64,000 nt of DNA from contig JBDRBF010000008.1 of assembly GCA_043822925.1 (NCBI GenBank), forward strand, positions 1-64,000, given 5' to 3'. Within the stretch, counting starts at the first letter, position 1; each line of letters begins with the position of its first letter. The position numbers and the translations under genes were made by a program. This stretch comes from a bacterium (GTDB lineage Bacteria > Babelota > Babeliae > Babelales > RVW-14). Positions 1 to 8,580 of the stretch are shown piece by piece. The notes beneath the pieces are model-generated. The model was given only the letters and a program-made list of their open reading frames with translations. It made no database searches and had not been told where the DNA came from.

Positions 1-2450
1 ATGGTCTCAAGCGTCTTTTGCATAACCTCAGGCCCATGCTCAAGCCTCATTTTACCAATACCAGCAACTTCTTCAAAAATGTTTTTATTCAATGGATTGA
101 GCTGTTCCAGCGCTTTTGTCAGCTTAGGCAATTCAACAGACAAAAGCTGGTGACTTTTGGCCACACCAATCTTAAATCCACGGGCAACACTACTAGTAAA
201 TTTACCAAACGCATTTAACGCAAGCCCATCCAGGAAAAACATTGTACCAAGTCTGGCTGCAGCTATAGTCCGATCTTCCCACGACATATTTCTAAGTTGA
301 TCAAAATGTTGGTTAATATCCCGATGAAGCGCCATTCCGGCTTCATGCTGTTTTCTTGCATGCTCATCCAACTTGCTTATATCAAAAGTCTGTTGTATCG
401 CATCTTCTTCAGCAAGTTCATTCATCAAATAAACGCATGTATCAAGCATCCCGATAATTTGTTGCTGAAAATGTTCTTTGGTGAAAAACTCTTTAACAAC
501 TTGAGTTTCACTTTGTTTAAGCTTTTCTAAAAAAGCTCTAGAATTAAGAAGCATATTCACTGAAAAATTTGCCGTATGCTCCGCCATTTCAGTGTCATCA
601 GAATCTGCAAAAAATTCAGCAAATTTGTTACAAATCTCAACGACTTGCCCTGAATTTTTAATATCAGAATTATTACCACCTTGTTGTTGATACTGTGCAT
701 TTAATTTATTAAGCGTCGCAATCTGCCCTTTAAACTGCTTTGAATCAAAAGTCTTTCTGCGCTTAGCTTCACGCTCATCTTCCTCACTTCGCCCTGGACC
801 ATTTGGCGCATCAAATTTACGTTTTCGATTATTTTGGTCGCCCAAATCACGTTGCTGATTATTATTCTGAAAATTTTGATTATTATTTTGATTATTCCGT
901 CCAGACGCAAGTCTTTCTTCCAGTTGACGCCGAATTGACTCATCAAAGACAGGTGATGGCCGGCTCGAACCAAAATAACAAAGAGGGCTACTACAAGGAT
1001 CACGACTAAACCTATCACATGGACTCATCCCTTGGCCACACGGATTTCTTGACTGAGAACCACATGGATCTACCGGAATACTTGGATTACTTGGAGCGCC
1101 AAAAACCATATCAGACACTAGCTCAACAGAGACATTAACAAACGCCTCTTTTGCCATTTCCTTTGCAGTCACACCAAGCACCCTACCCATTTTTTCCACA
1201 ACTGGACTAAGAGTTTCACTGACAGAATCTAACACTTTGCCACCTAACTCCAAGGCTCCCTTTCCAAAAGAGACAACTTTTTCGCCTAGATATTTCATAC
1301 CATCGTACATTTTACCACCAAAGCCACGCGGTTCAACCATACCTGGCTGTTTTAATATTCCTGGCTCAGAAAGGCTCCCCCCAGGAACAACGCCATCACG
1401 CAACACAACTCCACCACCCATTCCTTCAACATTTGCATTTTGTGCCATGCTTACACTTGGAACAACAGTTGCATTTTGATCAGAATTTACCTTTTTTTCA
1501 GTTTTTATAGCCCGTAGATGCTGCGAATCTTCATGCAAAATTTTTACTAACAACGAGTAATCATTATTAGCCTTACTTATCCTGAGAAGATATGACATAA
1601 AAGCCGCTTTATACCTAGGGTCGCCTCTCCTTAGCGCCCTATTTAAATTGAGCTCCTGTAGTGGACGCCAAGCAGGTTTCCCATCCTTAGTAGTTATAGG
1701 GCTATCATCCGGAAGATTAATTCCTTCCCTTGAAAGTATTTTAGACAATTCCATACTCTCAGGAGAGCTGCCAAACTCATATTCAATTTTCTCAATCTCT
1801 CTCTCTATAGGGCTTTTATTCTCAGCTTCTCGCCGATATTCATCTGGTTCTGATTGATAAAAAGCATCCATTCTTCGTCCAGTTCCATTTTGCTGCATCA
1901 CAAATTGATCCTGTTTTTGTTGTTCCTTTGCAATAGACCCCTTTACTATACTTTCACAAACAATGGTTGAATTTAATGGTTTTTTTATTTGCTTCTCTAT
2001 AGTTTTTTGTATTGGATCCAAAACTTTTACTTGATTTTGTAGATTCACACCAACATCATTATTCGTTTTTGAAATCGACAAATTCGTCTGACTATCTGAT
2101 ATCTGATCTAAAGGATCTTCTGTAACATCACCCATAGGAATCCGTTGAATTTTTGAATCTTGAGAATTAGCTTCAAGAGATACAAACTCATCCGGATACA
2201 CTATATTCACTTGAGAAGATTGATTTGGAACATTAACTTTCACATCCAACACTCCACCATTCCGGAGCGTTACTTTAAGGGGCGAATCATATCCTAAGTC
2301 CTTGCTATCAACAACTTTACCTGTATCGGAAACAATCTTACCTACAAGTTCTCCACCAATGATCCTTTGTGATGCATTCACAAAACCAAGTTGGCAAAAA
2401 ACCAATGCACTAAACAAAAATATTTTGAATTTAAATTTTTTAAACATCAT
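1..2450 (-). CDS. Large secreted hypothetical protein (>816 aa, truncated by window edge); possible effector or polymorphic-toxin-like precursor
   Basis: Hand translation from ATG 2450 (GGAG just upstream) is open to position 1: MMFKKFKFKIFLFSALVFCQLGFVNA (signal peptide)...DPCGSQSRNPCGQGMSPCDRFSRDPC...NNRKRKFDAPNGPGRSEEDEREAKRRK...EVMQKTLET. Absent from ORF track because it has no stop in the window. Confidence 0.85.
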   Translation of the reverse strand, partial: MMFKKFKFKIFLFSALVFCQLGFVNASQRIIGGELVGKIVSDTGKVVDSKDLGYDSPLKVTLRNGGVLDVKVNVPNQSSQVNIVYPDEFVSLEANSQDSKIQRIPMGDVTEDPLDQISDSQTNLSISKTNNDVGVNLQNQVKVLDPIQKTIEKQIKKPLNSTIVCESIVKGSIAKEQQKQDQFVMQQNGTGRRMDAFYQSEPDEYRREAENKSPIEREIEKIEYEFGSSPESMELSKILSREGINLPDDSPITTKDGKPAWRPLQELNLNRALRRGDPRYKAAFMSYLLRISKANNDYSLLVKILHEDSQHLRAIKTEKKVNSDQNATVVPSVSMAQNANVEGMGGGVVLRDGVVPGGSLSEPGILKQPGMVEPRGFGGKMYDGMKYLGEKVVSFGKGALELGGKVLDSVSETLSPVVEKMGRVLGVTAKEMAKEAFVNVSVELVSDMVFGAPSNPSIPVDPCGSQSRNPCGQGMSPCDRFSRDPCSSPLCYFGSSRPSPVFDESIRRQLEERLASGRNNQNNNQNFQNNNQQRDLGDQNNRKRKFDAPNGPGRSEEDEREAKRRKTFDSKQFKGQIATLNKLNAQYQQQGGNNSDIKNSGQVVEICNKFAEFFADSDDTEMAEHTANFSVNMLLNSRAFLEKLKQSETQVVKEFFTKEHFQQQIIGMLDTCVYLMNELAEEDAIQQTFDISKLDEHARKQHEAGMALHRDINQHFDQLRNMSWEDRTIAAARLGTMFFLDGLALNAFGKFTSSVARGFKIGVAKSHQLLSVELPKLTKALEQLNPLNKNIFEEVAGIGKMRLEHGPEVMQKTLET

Positions 2451-2476
2451 AATAACTCTCCATTTTTTTATTAAAA

Positions 2477-2501
2477 GGCCCAGGGTATTTAAACCTGGGC
2501 C
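2477..2501 (-). terminator. Intrinsic terminator hairpin after the pentapeptide-repeat gene
   Basis: GGCCCAGG-9nt-CCTGGGCC perfect stem followed by TTTT on the minus strand. Confidence 0.65.
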
Positions 2502-2536
2502 ATAACCTCATAGAACCTTTTATTTTAAAATCAGCC

Positions 2537-4897
2537 CTAAAATCCTCTCAAAATAATTCCCAAAGCCATTTTAGCAAAATCTTTAAGAAAGGATTTCTCA
2601 TCAACTTTCTCCCATGAATCTACATGGTCAGGATGACAATACCCATTAACTTTCGCTCCAAATAATTTTAAATGCTCTGCACTTACAAGCAACTGACATG
2701 AATGAAACAAACACCTGTCTGCATTTATAACCCCATTATTATCACTATTATCAAGACCGGTACACTTATAAAATGCAGTATAACCACAATACAAATGTAT
2801 CAAAGTAGCTTTACTAAAATTACAACAATAAAACGCTGACCCAAATTCCTTCATCACGTCAAGAGAGCTCAATTTATCAACATATTCAGTATCATCTTCA
2901 CCTATACCAGCCTTATCCAGAAGTTTTTTCTGCACATAAACTAAAACATTATCAAAACCAGAAAGAGAGTTTACTTGCATACCCGTCGTCCGCGAATTTT
3001 TTCCAACTTTGTTTCCAAAAAATCTAGCATTTGCTATAAATGCACCTTCAAAATTCAAATTAAACCCAAAAAACGAAAGACTCTTATTTTCTGAATATAC
3101 CGGGGGGACTATCATTGTAAGGTTATTAAGCTTTGCCCGCCTAAAATCTATATTTTTCAATTCTGTTCCACTAAAATCCATTTTACTTGAAACAATGTCC
3201 TGCATTTTTACATGCTCTAAAGATGAGTATATAAAAGAAAGGCCTTCCCCTTCAACATCTCCTTCTCTAGATCTCGTTATTCTTGCAAAAGAAAAATCAG
3301 TATTATAAATTTTAGAATTATTAGAAAAAATAACATCTTGGAGTATTGTATGGTTACGATTGATATCGCGGCTGGCATTACAATTGAAAATCATCACACC
3401 CTCAGCTCTGATCCTATTTAAAGTAACATTTTGCAGATTCGAATCCAAAATTTTTGTATTTTCCAAAGTCATTTCCGTAAATGTTGCATGAGAAAGATCA
3501 ACTCCTGCAATGATAGTTCTATTCAATCTTGTATTATCAAAATGCGCACCAGACAAATCAGTTTTTGCTAAATTCACCATATCTACTAATGTACGATCTA
3601 TCGATTGATATACTTCTCTTAAAAATTGTTTATTATTTTCAGTAAAAATTGTTTTATAAGCATTATCAACCAGATTAAAATAATCCACGGCTATACAAGG
3701 AACAGAAAATTCCTGTTGCACGCCTGCTCGAATAATTCTTAATCTAACTCTGCCTCCTGGCCGCCCATTTAACTTTTTACCAATGGTCGTCAAATTATCA
3801 TTCTGATCGAACGGCGTACCATCAACTTCAATAATTTTATCATGTTTTCTAAGTCCAGCTTCGAATGCCGGGAATCCTGGCACAAACTTTTGCACCTGAA
3901 CTTCAGGTATTTTATTTGGCAAAAGCTCTATCGTAAAGAACATCCCAGACCCCGTCATTTCTACTCCTGCTGAAAGATATTTCGGATCATGAAATATTAC
4001 CGGACCAGGAAGACGCACCGAAACAAACAAAGCATCGTTGATTTCTGCATCAGCAAAAAATGCCCCTCTAAGATTTGTATCAATAATTTTAGATCTATTC
4101 AAAAAACAACCTTCTAGATGAGCACCTGACATATTCGATTTAAAAATAAAGGCATCTTCCATATGAGTTTGACGTTCATCTAAGCGCTCAAGATGAACTC
4201 TCGGCAAAATAGTATTTACAAGTCTTACTCTATTTAAATTTGCACCCCTGAGATCTGCTTCTGTAAGATCTGCTCCTGTAAAATCCACATCTTCCAAATT
4301 ACGTCCAGCTAATGAAGCCCCTCGCAAATTCCTGCCCGCAAGGTTTTTTACACCATTACAAGCATCCTGGAAAGCCTGAACATCATAACGTACTATTGGC
4401 TGTTGGTTGACTTGCTGCTGCTGCTGATTGATAACTTGCGTTTGTTTTATTTGCTGTTGATTGACCTGTTGATTATTTACTTGCCGATTGACTTGCTGAT
4501 TCATAAAAAAAGCTTTAAAACCCTCACGCAAACGTCCTGGAATAGATTTCACATAATTAAAAAAGCCCCCATTATTATCTTCAGGAACTAACAATGAAAA
4601 GCTTTGTTGAAAATCATTACCTAAAACAAATGGGGTATTAGATTGAGTGCCAGAATTGGTACCCGAATTTTGCTGAGTTGTCTGTCCATCAATTTTTTGT
4701 CTCTTTTTTGGATTAATTCCTTGTTTATCAAAATCAGAATTGTATAATCCCCCATCTCTTCTTCTTTTAATTCCAGCTTTTTGATCACCTTTTTCTTCAA
4801 TTACAATTTCTTCTTCTTTCATCGCCTGAATTTGCACACTAAAGCCAAGCACCAAAGCTCCTGCCAAAAAACCAGTTAGCAAAATATTCTTCTTCAT
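2537..4897 (-). CDS. Secreted pentapeptide-repeat protein with internal PDZ domain (~786 aa)
   Basis: Start MKKNILL at 4897 (GGAG RBS); signal peptide; Q/N-rich linker; A(D/N)Lxx repeats (RNLRG ASLAG RNLED VDFTG ADLTE ADLRG ANLNR); PDZ-like segment VQKFVPGFPAFEAGLRKHDKIIEVDG...VRLRIIR; further degenerate pentapeptide repeats. Confidence 0.85.
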   Translation of the reverse strand: MKKNILLTGFLAGALVLGFSVQIQAMKEEEIVIEEKGDQKAGIKRRRDGGLYNSDFDKQGINPKKRQKIDGQTTQQNSGTNSGTQSNTPFVLGNDFQQSFSLLVPEDNNGGFFNYVKSIPGRLREGFKAFFMNQQVNRQVNNQQVNQQQIKQTQVINQQQQQVNQQPIVRYDVQAFQDACNGVKNLAGRNLRGASLAGRNLEDVDFTGADLTEADLRGANLNRVRLVNTILPRVHLERLDERQTHMEDAFIFKSNMSGAHLEGCFLNRSKIIDTNLRGAFFADAEINDALFVSVRLPGPVIFHDPKYLSAGVEMTGSGMFFTIELLPNKIPEVQVQKFVPGFPAFEAGLRKHDKIIEVDGTPFDQNDNLTTIGKKLNGRPGGRVRLRIIRAGVQQEFSVPCIAVDYFNLVDNAYKTIFTENNKQFLREVYQSIDRTLVDMVNLAKTDLSGAHFDNTRLNRTIIAGVDLSHATFTEMTLENTKILDSNLQNVTLNRIRAEGVMIFNCNASRDINRNHTILQDVIFSNNSKIYNTDFSFARITRSREGDVEGEGLSFIYSSLEHVKMQDIVSSKMDFSGTELKNIDFRRAKLNNLTMIVPPVYSENKSLSFFGFNLNFEGAFIANARFFGNKVGKNSRTTGMQVNSLSGFDNVLVYVQKKLLDKAGIGEDDTEYVDKLSSLDVMKEFGSAFYCCNFSKATLIHLYCGYTAFYKCTGLDNSDNNGVINADRCLFHSCQLLVSAEHLKLFGAKVNGYCHPDHVDSWEKVDEKSFLKDFAKMALGIILRGF

Positions 4898-5147
4898 GAT
4901 AGATTCTCCATTTTTAGAAACGAGAACAGATATAACCTCATTTAGACACCATAACTTACTTATGACACGCCGCAATTAATGACATATCAAATTAATCTAA
5001 GCTTATATCTTATTAACGTTATTGCAAATGGAATTAAATTTATGCAAAAAACGGCCATTTTTGAACAAAACTGAGGGAGCCGGCTTAGTCCCCCGACAAA
5101 AAATGGGGGAGCTAGGGAAAAATCTAATTCTTGTTTTTTTATCTCAT

Positions 5148-5211
5148 GTCATCAAGCCAGCGGCTTGATATGGTTCTCGTAGCCTGGGCATAAGCGTAGC
5201 GCAGCCCCAGG
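5148..5211. repeat. Cluster of REP-like palindromes in divergent intergenic region
   Basis: GTCATCAAGCC-AGC-GGCTTGAT and GTAG-CCTGGG...CCCAGG; GC-rich hairpins in an AT-rich background. Confidence 0.45.
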
Positions 5212-5362
5212 AAAAGAAAAATTGACTTTGAAACACGGCTAGAATACATTCCGACCATGAACTGACAAATGTTACCGTCTTTTTTGACCATAAATTATAA
5301 AAAACATGCGTCTTTTTTAACCATGAATGACAAAAACGTTACTCAATAAAGAAAGAAACATT

Positions 5363-5877
5363 ATGAACAAAAAATATATTTGTTGTTTTGTCTTTTTAGG
5401 GGTCAGTTTTTTTACAACAACATCATTCATGGTGAAACTATTACGCTCGATAAAGACCTCGTCATAACAACAGAAAAGCCACTTCTTATTAAAAAAAGTT
5501 GCACCTACGATGGCAAAAATCACACCATAACTTTTAAAGATAAAGCTCTTTTATTAATTGATGGCCCCGATGATACAACCGTCACATTCAAAAACATCAC
5601 GCTCCTAAATATTAAAAGCGATGAAAATTTCTCATCAATTAACTTCGGCTCTTCAAAAAATCAAACAATAGAACTAGAAATGGTCACAATTCAAATGACG
5701 TCTGATGTTACGTTTAATGCCGAAAAAATAACACTGTTAGGACACTTCTATATCGAAAACGTTAAGGGAACAGGCACACACACATTTACATACATAATCC
5801 CCAAAGAATTTCTTAAGCACAAATCACCCATAATTCATACCAAAACAGATAATTATAAAGAAATTTGGAAAGACTAA
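5363..5877 (+). pseudogene. Short beta-rich repeat family paralog, apparently frameshifted at a T7 tract (or TTG-start gene at 5380)
   Basis: Body (TLDKDLVI...YDGKNHTITFKDKALLLIDG) aligns by eye with 8581-9630 (LQGDLTI...IDGQGHNLIFADEALLVIDG); signal-peptide-like ATG frame at 5363 is out of frame with the body by one base. Confidence 0.55.
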
Positions 5878-5988
5878 CGGACACGACACAAATTTAACCC
5901 CTCTGACTCTTTTTTGAACCACTTTTCCATACAATTTACTTTTGCTTAATTTTTTAATACTGTTGAAGATAACTAAGTAAAAGAATAA

Positions 5989-6021
5989 GGCTTAGATCCC
6001 AGATCAAGTCTGGGATGACAA
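5989..6021. repeat. REP-like palindrome (GTCAT-headed on minus strand), copy 1
   Basis: GGCTTAGATCCCAGATCAAGTCTGGGATGACAA; stem ATCCCAGA/TCTGGGAT. Confidence 0.7.
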
Positions 6022-6079
6022 AGAACAGAGAGCCAAGTAATAAAAGAGTCATAAAAGAGTAATAAAAAGAGAGAAGTAG

Positions 6080-7402
6080 ATGAAGCAATCAAAGACCATA
6101 ATTATTCTAATACTTTTTGTACTCATATATATGGTTCCCATTTTAGCCCAAGAAGCATTACAAGAAATACCAGATGCTGCACCAGGCGTAGCAGAACAAA
6201 TACAAAAAGCACAAAAAACCAAAGCGCCTAAAAAACTCTCGCAAGACGCTCCCGGAATACAAGTACCAGAACAAGCAAACCCAGAACCAATAAATCAAAA
6301 AGCTCCCACACCAACAATTAAAACGCAAAAAGTTTCAGGCAAAAATCAAATCATACTTTCAGCAACACTCCCACTAACCGGCGCAGGATCGATAATTGGC
6401 CAACAGCTTTTTGACGGCATGAACCTCTACTTTAATAAAATTAAAAACGAAAAAAATATCCCATTCTCAATAAAATTAAACTCTCAAGATAATAAATGGG
6501 ATAGCGCACGAGCTGTCAAAAATGCAACAGAGCTTATGAAACAATCTGATATTTTCTTAAGCCTAACCGGCACAGATACTATAAGCATGCTCCAAAAAGA
6601 ACCTGCAACAAAAAATATACTCGGGCTATTTCCCGTCGAAGGCGTCGAAAATCTCAGAGGAGAGCAATACAAAAATCTCATATATTATCGCCCCGTGCAC
6701 AAAAAAGAATTACGCGCACTCGTGCACTACGCAATCAAAAAACTAAACAAAAAAAAGATCGCCATTTTTTATGAAGCAGGAGATTGGGGCGAAGCAGTTC
6801 TAGACGAACTACAAGATATTCTCAAAGAATTTGGCATAGAACTTATGGCCCTGGCTACTTACCCGCAAAACACCGTCAACATCACCAGAGCTGTAAACGA
6901 ACTCGCACAAAGCGCCCCAAATGCGATCTTCTGCATCGCACAAGCTCGACCCGCGTATCACTTTATACGCGAAATTTTAAACAAAGGCCTACATAATACC
7001 GCTTTTTTTGGACTCTCAAATCTCTATTCTATTCAAAAAACATTACGCAAATCTCGCGGTGTGAATATTATCGTTTCATCAGTAGTCCCGGACCCAGTTC
7101 TAAGCAATCTTGCGATTGCAAAAGAGTATCGCGCAGACATGCAAAAATACTTGCCCAATAAAAATATTACGCCATTTTCGTTCGAAGGTTATATTAACGC
7201 AGTTTTAGCGTATGAATTTATGAAGAAAATAAAACCACCAATAACACGAAAAAAACTGCTTACACGTATCGAAAACACACCAAAATTTAATTTCAAGGGT
7301 CTAGCTATACATTTTGATAAACAAACAAAAACGCTCTCCCATAACATTTGGATTAATACGGGAAAAAAGAAAAAAGAATGGTCTTTATCCAAAACCCGCT
7401 AG
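6080..7402 (+). CDS. Periplasmic ligand-binding protein, LivJ/LivK-like (type 1 PBP fold)
   Basis: Signal peptide, P/A/Q/K linker, then ATLPLTGAGSIIGQQLFDGMNLYFNKI, KKIAIFYE..DWGE, FSFEGYINA motifs typical of branched-chain amino acid binding proteins. Confidence 0.85.
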   Translation: MKQSKTIIILILFVLIYMVPILAQEALQEIPDAAPGVAEQIQKAQKTKAPKKLSQDAPGIQVPEQANPEPINQKAPTPTIKTQKVSGKNQIILSATLPLTGAGSIIGQQLFDGMNLYFNKIKNEKNIPFSIKLNSQDNKWDSARAVKNATELMKQSDIFLSLTGTDTISMLQKEPATKNILGLFPVEGVENLRGEQYKNLIYYRPVHKKELRALVHYAIKKLNKKKIAIFYEAGDWGEAVLDELQDILKEFGIELMALATYPQNTVNITRAVNELAQSAPNAIFCIAQARPAYHFIREILNKGLHNTAFFGLSNLYSIQKTLRKSRGVNIIVSSVVPDPVLSNLAIAKEYRADMQKYLPNKNITPFSFEGYINAVLAYEFMKKIKPPITRKKLLTRIENTPKFNFKGLAIHFDKQTKTLSHNIWINTGKKKKEWSLSKTR

Positions 7403-7409
7403 GCGAATC

Positions 7410-8504
7410 ATGAATTATATAAAAGAACGGTTCAAAGCGCTTTTTCAAATCACATCAATAGAATTTCGGGCTGCTGTGCTTATATTAATAAGTATTGCTA
7501 TCGTAACCTCATTTAAAATGGCATTAAGTAAATTTAATACCACAGACATTGTACCCCAGATTCAGCCAATAAACACAAAAGTAATTAAAGAATTTGGCGC
7601 TTTTACCGTCAAAGTAAAAACAGGCATGCTTATTAAAAATCTGCCTGTTTTTGATATAAAAAACAGTAAATTCCAAATCGATGCAATCGTCTGGTTTGTC
7701 TTTAACCCAGATGAAATCACCCTGCAGACCGTTCAAAAATTCTCTTTTGATAAATGCGATAATTTACGCGTATCACCACCAGATATTCGCAAAATTGAAG
7801 ACAAGCTCTTCGTAAAATACAACGTATTATTCACCGTAAAAAGCGATCTAAACTATCATAAATTCCCATTTGAAGACCACAAAATTGCCATCATGATGTC
7901 CAATGATTTTGTCGCACCAAACGAAATGTATTTTATGGCAGATAATACATCGTTTCAAGCAGCACCTGAAATTTTCCCCGCCAGCTGGAAACTCAAAGAC
8001 CTCAACGCTGAACCTGGATACATGACCCTTAAATTCGACAAAGAAGATAAAACAAAAACAGCCCAAAACCCCAAAGTATTGTTTACGATTAATATCGAAA
8101 AAACCAGCATCAAAAAATTACTCGTTCTCTTTATCCCATTATTTGTCGTTGCATTTTTCTCGCTCTTTGCATTTCTCCTGAGTCTTGGAAATACGATTGG
8201 AAAATTTCAACTTTCAATAACCGCACTAACAGCGCTACTTGGGTATAGATTTGTTATTGAACAAATTATTCCACAAGTTGGTTACTTTACAACAACAGAC
8301 AACATTTACTTATTACTTTTAATAATGGCTTTTGTCTCTTTTCTGTTTCAAATACTATGTGGACGACAATACGAATATTTTATACGCGCACACAAAGACG
8401 CCCCTGAATCAACGCTACTCTTTTGGAAAAGACTCAATAGCTTTGCATTTTTAGGCATCTCACTATTTTTTGCTATCAGCACGGTATATATAATTCTTAA
8501 TTGA
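7410..8504 (+). CDS. Prokaryotic pentameric ligand-gated ion channel (ELIC/GLIC-like Pro-loop receptor)
   Basis: Start ATG 7410; N-terminal hydrophobic helix; beta-rich ECD with Pro-loop LNYHKFPFEDH and ASWKL; four C-terminal TM helices with M1 FIPLF, M2-M3 loop IIPQVGYFTTTD. Confidence 0.8.
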   Translation: MNYIKERFKALFQITSIEFRAAVLILISIAIVTSFKMALSKFNTTDIVPQIQPINTKVIKEFGAFTVKVKTGMLIKNLPVFDIKNSKFQIDAIVWFVFNPDEITLQTVQKFSFDKCDNLRVSPPDIRKIEDKLFVKYNVLFTVKSDLNYHKFPFEDHKIAIMMSNDFVAPNEMYFMADNTSFQAAPEIFPASWKLKDLNAEPGYMTLKFDKEDKTKTAQNPKVLFTINIEKTSIKKLLVLFIPLFVVAFFSLFAFLLSLGNTIGKFQLSITALTALLGYRFVIEQIIPQVGYFTTTDNIYLLLLIMAFVSFLFQILCGRQYEYFIRAHKDAPESTLLFWKRLNSFAFLGISLFFAISTVYIILN

Positions 8505-8508
8505 ATAT

Positions 8509-8541
8509 GGCTTGGATCCTGAAACAAGTTCAGGATGACAA
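8509..8541. repeat. REP-like palindrome, copy 2
   Basis: GGCTTGGATCCTGAAACAAGTTCAGGATGACAA; same length and flanks as 5989-6021. Confidence 0.7.
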
Positions 8542-8580
8542 CTAAAGTTCATGATAACAAACCAATAAGGGAGAAAGTTT

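Noticed and set aside
18-2505. Short ORF-track entries in the first 2.5 kb
   Set aside because: All are antisense or off-frame shadows of the single long minus-strand ORF starting at 2450
6036-6072. Three imperfect 11-bp direct repeats AGT(A/C)ATAAAAG before the binding-protein gene
   Set aside because: Low-complexity A-rich sequence; could be an operator but not supportable from sequence alone
5989-8541. Palindromic repeats as a CRISPR array
   Set aside because: Copies are 2.5 kb apart with genes between them; no spacers and no cas genes
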